Origin: Verrucomicrobiales bacterium
GTDB taxonomy: Bacteria > Verrucomicrobiota > Verrucomicrobiia > Verrucomicrobiales > SLCJ01
Direction: 5' to 3'
NCBI GenBank assembly: GCA_046075565.1
Contig: JBJTQJ010000025.1
Location: 32,001 to 96,000 of the forward strand
Length of the DNA stretch: 64,000 nt
Shown here: positions 62,328-64,000 of the stretch, piece after piece
Position numbering within the stretch: position 1 is the stretch's first letter
Layout of the letters: each line of letters begins with the position of its first letter
The notes under the pieces: model-generated
The model's input: only the letters and a program-made list of their open reading frames with translations
What the model was told of the DNA's origin: nothing
Database searches by the model: none
Program-made: the position numbers and the translations under genes

Positions 62328-62732
62328 ATGGCGAACGAGATACCTTGGGAGCGATTGGTGGCTTTGGCGTGGGAGACCCGCGAGCGGGCCTATGCGCCGT
62401 ATTCCAAATTCCATGTCGGAGCCGCATTGCTGGCTGCAGATGGCCGCGTTTTCACTGGATGTAATGTCGAAAACCTGAGTTACGGGTTGACGATCTGCGC
62501 GGAGAGAGTGGCCATCGGGAGTGCAATCGCGGCAGGAGCGCGAGAATTCCTCGCCCTGGCCGTGGTGGCGGATACCAATGAGCCGATTTCGCCCTGCGGG
62601 GCCTGCCGTCAGGTCATGGCGGAGTTCGGCGATTTCCCGGTGCGAGCATCCAACCGCGCGGGGTTGATGTTCGAGCAGATGGTTTCAGCCTGGCTGCCAC
62701 GTGGTCACACGGGGATTCTTGACCGCGCCTGA
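62328..62732 (+). CDS. cdd: Cytidine deaminase
   Basis: AYAPYSKFHVGAA, NVEN, CAER, PCGACRQ. Confidence 0.96.
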   Translation: MANEIPWERLVALAWETRERAYAPYSKFHVGAALLAADGRVFTGCNVENLSYGLTICAERVAIGSAIAAGAREFLALAVVADTNEPISPCGACRQVMAEFGDFPVRASNRAGLMFEQMVSAWLPRGHTGILDRA

Positions 62733-62761
62733 GCAAAAAAAATTCCGGAGTGCCCGCAAGG

Positions 62762-62893
62762 TCACTCCGGAACAAAGCGCACGGAATTGAACCGGTTGGC
62801 TCCCCAACAGAGTCTTGACCCGGACCGGTTTGAATTGTTTCCGGGGTCGGAGTTTGTTGACCGCAGAAGTTGGGTGAGGAGTTGGTCGTTCAT
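62762..62893 (-). CDS. Putative 43-aa small protein
   Basis: ATG preceded by an A/C-rich unstructured leader like that of atpE. Confidence 0.4.
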   Translation of the reverse strand: MNDQLLTQLLRSTNSDPGNNSNRSGSRLCWGANRFNSVRFVPE

Positions 62894-63055
62894 GAATTTG
62901 GTTCTGATTGGTTTTGTTTTTGTGGGACGGTCGGGCAGCACGGAATGTTCTTGCACAGATCCCGAGGGTCTTTTGGCGGGTTTTCTCCAGCGAAAGCATT
63001 AAAGTATCTTGGATTCCCCTTGTCGGCGGCGGTGCCAAAGTCTAGGCTCGGCGCG

Positions 63056-64000
63056 TTGGCGGACTTGCCGACGAGAATCCATTTTACCGGGGCCTGTGGG
63101 CGGACGGTCGGGTCGTTGGCCGTTGATTTGAAGCGTCGCGGCCTGGATATCACCGCCAGCGATGGGGTGTTCCACTCTCCCATGGATCGGGTCTTGGCCG
63201 ACGCTGGACTGAAAATCCGGGCAAAGTTTTCCGCCCGGAATGTGGCGGCTGGCACCGAGATGGTCGTGGCCGGGGGGATGGTCGGGCCGGACAACCCCGA
63301 ATGGCGGGCGGCGAGACGGCGGGGTATCCCGGTTCTGCCGATGGCGGAATTTCTCGGGAAACATTTTCCCGCCGGGCAGAAGCGCCTGGTCGTGGCGGGC
63401 ACCAAGGGCAAGACGACCACCACCGCCATGCTCGCGTGGATCCTGCGGCACGCGGGCAAAGACCCGGATTGGTTGCTCGGCGGACTGTGTCCTCATTTCG
63501 AAATGCCGGTGCGATTCCGGGGCTCCCGCCGCATGGTGCTGGAGGGCGACGAGTATCCAACCGGGGTGACCGATCCCCGCCCGAAATTCCGCCACTACCG
63601 TCCGCATGTCCTCGTGGTCACGAACCTCCATTTCGACCATGCCGAGGTCTTCTCCTCGCTGGATGAAATCCGGCGTCATTTTGTGGATGCGGCACGGGAA
63701 TTGCCCGCGAGTGGCTTGCTGTTGTTAGGGCCGGATGTCGAAGGATGGAAAGAGATCGCGTCCGCATCCCGCGCTCCGGTTGTCCGCGTGGGATGGGGGA
63801 AAAGGTTTGATGCCATGCTTTCAGGATTCCGCGTCCACGGCAAGGAAATGGTCTTCGGGGTTGGCGGGAAGGTTTTCAGCGTGCCCGGGGCAGGGCGGAT
63901 GCTGGCGGTGGATGCGGCATTGGCCGCGCTTGCCGCCGCCCATATTGGAATCTCTTTGGAAAAATCGATGCAGGCGATGGCGGAGTTTCAGGGGGTGGAG
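63056..64000 (+). CDS. Divergent Mpl/MurC-like Mur ligase (runs off the window end)
   Basis: RIHFTGACG, GTKGKTTT, LEGDEY, TNLHFDH; TTG start supported by TTGTCG-N17-TAGGCT 7 nt upstream; absent from the ORF track because it has no stop in the window. Confidence 0.85.
   Translation, partial: MADLPTRIHFTGACGRTVGSLAVDLKRRGLDITASDGVFHSPMDRVLADAGLKIRAKFSARNVAAGTEMVVAGGMVGPDNPEWRAARRRGIPVLPMAEFLGKHFPAGQKRLVVAGTKGKTTTTAMLAWILRHAGKDPDWLLGGLCPHFEMPVRFRGSRRMVLEGDEYPTGVTDPRPKFRHYRPHVLVVTNLHFDHAEVFSSLDEIRRHFVDAARELPASGLLLLGPDVEGWKEIASASRAPVVRVGWGKRFDAMLSGFRVHGKEMVFGVGGKVFSVPGAGRMLAVDAALAALAAAHIGISLEKSMQAMAEFQGVE

Overview
A GC-rich bacterial chromosome segment. Gene style (PEP-CTERM protein, short ATP synthase delta subunit, PVC-type secreted proteins and REP-like repeats) points to Verrucomicrobiota; this is inference. 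Most of it is core metabolism: the 3' end of pgk, tpiA, a full atpBEFHAGDC operon, queC, rplS, metH, nadB/panC, glgB, hflX, ppc, ftsK, mpl, hemB and cdd. Accessory genes are interspersed: two VapBC toxin-antitoxin pairs, secreted proteases and esterases, and several pseudogenes or gene remnants. I found no rRNA, tRNA, CRISPR array, integrase or transposase. The strongest leads are: (1) a stand-alone protein carrying the motif set of the Legionella MavL-type arginine ADP-ribosylhydrolase macrodomain; (2) an 1105-aa GHMP sugar kinase/UDP-sugar pyrophosphorylase fusion paired with a nucleotidyltransferase whose signature is degenerate; (3) the uncharacterised DUF2868 + GTPase/DUF3482 membrane pair; (4) a furin-like protease with a verrucomicrobial C-terminal domain; (5) decay confined to accessory genes; (6) a recurring leaderless or short-leader promoter layout. 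Family assignments come from motif recognition and memory, not database searches.
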